From contig CAMNEH010000001.1 of the NCBI GenBank assembly GCA_946536315.1, positions 592 through 64,591 of the forward strand: a stretch of DNA of 64,000 nt. Reading direction: 5' to 3'. Numbering within the stretch: position 1 is the stretch's first letter; every line of letters begins with the position of its first letter. This document shows, one piece after another, positions 63,257-64,000 of this stretch. Source of the stretch: an uncultured Clostridia bacterium. Lineage in GTDB: Bacteria > Bacillota > Clostridia > Christensenellales > Aristaeellaceae. The translations under genes and the position numbers were made by a program. Under the pieces are notes generated by a model that worked only from the letters and a program-made list of their open reading frames with translations, ran no database searches and was not told the DNA's origin.

Positions 63257-64000
63257 GGTCGGCGGCCTCCCTTCCTCTCGCCATCATGCGCTGGACAGTG
63301 TCCGGCGGCGCGGTTTCCGGCGCGCGCGGGTCCTCCAGCCAGCTGCGCACCTTGTGGGTCGGTGACAGCTCAAAATACGGGGGCCGGATCAGGTAATCGA
63401 TTTTCAGCGCATACGGATTGCGCGGCGCGAACGCGTCGCCCTCGATGGCCTTGAACAGGTTGGGCGGCGTGCCCTGAATGGAGAACAGCGGCTCTCCCTT
63501 GACCCCCAGCTGTGGCAGGGAGGAGAGCAGCGCCCAGGTATATGGATGCCGGGCGTGATAGAAAATTTCATAGCTGGTGCCGATCTCGATGATGTCGCCG
63601 GCATACATGACCGCCACCCGATCCGCGACCTTGGCGACGACGCCCAGGTCATGCGTGATGTAGATGATCGTGAGGTGGTATTTTTTTTGCATGTCGCGCA
63701 GCAACTCGATGATTTGCGCCTGAATCGTGACGTCCAGCGCGGTCGTCGGCTCGTCGCAGATGAGGATTTCGGGATTGCAGGCCATCGCGGTCGCGATCAC
63801 GGCGCGCTGGCGCATTCCGCCGGAAAACTCGTGCGGGTACTGCCTGTAGCGCTTCTCGGGCGCGGGAATGCCCACGTCTGTCAGGTATTCGATGGTTTTC
63901 TGCCGGGCAGCCCTGCCCTTGAGACCCTGGTGCAGCTCTACCGCCTCCTGAATCTGCCGTCCCACGGTCTTCAGCGGGTTCAGCGAGGTCATGGGGTCCT
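63249..64000 (-). CDS. oligopeptide/dipeptide ABC transporter ATP-binding protein (OppD/DppD type), N-terminus outside window
   Basis: Signature FSGGMRQRA and Walker [13 protein letters not shown] are present. Walker A is not seen and the frame is open to the window edge. Confidence 0.8.
   Translation of the reverse strand, partial: DPMTSLNPLKTVGRQIQEAVELHQGLKGRAARQKTIEYLTDVGIPAPEKRYRQYPHEFSGGMRQRAVIATAMACNPEILICDEPTTALDVTIQAQIIELLRDMQKKYHLTIIYITHDLGVVAKVADRVAVMYAGDIIEIGTSYEIFYHARHPYTWALLSSLPQLGVKGEPLFSIQGTPPNLFKAIEGDAFAPRNPYALKIDYLIRPPYFELSPTHKVRSWLEDPRAPETAPPDTVQRMMARGREAADRV

Overview
High-GC (by eye above 60%) chromosomal window from a Gram-positive, Clostridia-like bacterium. This is inferred from strong AGGAGG ribosome-binding sites, SigA-type promoters, a CtsR-like box, and DegV, LCP and BY-kinase genes. 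I saw no rRNA, tRNA, CRISPR array, transposase or integrase. Layout: (1) 1-16.2 kb is housekeeping and stress: a UvrB-domain-less UvrA paralog, a double zinc-ribbon membrane protein, clpB, a P-loop kinase, metG, and a heterodimeric ABC exporter pair. (2) 16.2-45.0 kb is a single-strand cell-surface glycopolymer locus. It holds a Wzz/BY-kinase, a giant 1953-aa YD-repeat secreted protein, LCP, acyltransferase-3, a SASA-type esterase, LicD, an IspD-like cytidylyltransferase plus SDR, Wzy, Wzx, five glycosyltransferases, two DHHW/AlgX-like paralogs and VanZ. (3) 45.1-56.3 kb is a composite RiPP/bacteriocin island and the most novel-looking system here. It holds three precursor peptides, PqqD plus radical-SAM/SPASM, a Ser-His S26 peptidase, an HprK-like P-loop protein, a PPP phosphatase, an ABC exporter and an NHLM-type C39 export system. 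(4) 56.3-64 kb holds DegV, a phosphodiester glycosidase, a beta-helix carbohydrate-binding protein, an OmpR/HK two-component pair and convergent oppF/oppD. All family calls come from reading motifs in the translated ORFs; no searches were run. Several ORF-track starts were moved downstream to starts supported by an RBS or by stop/start overlap.
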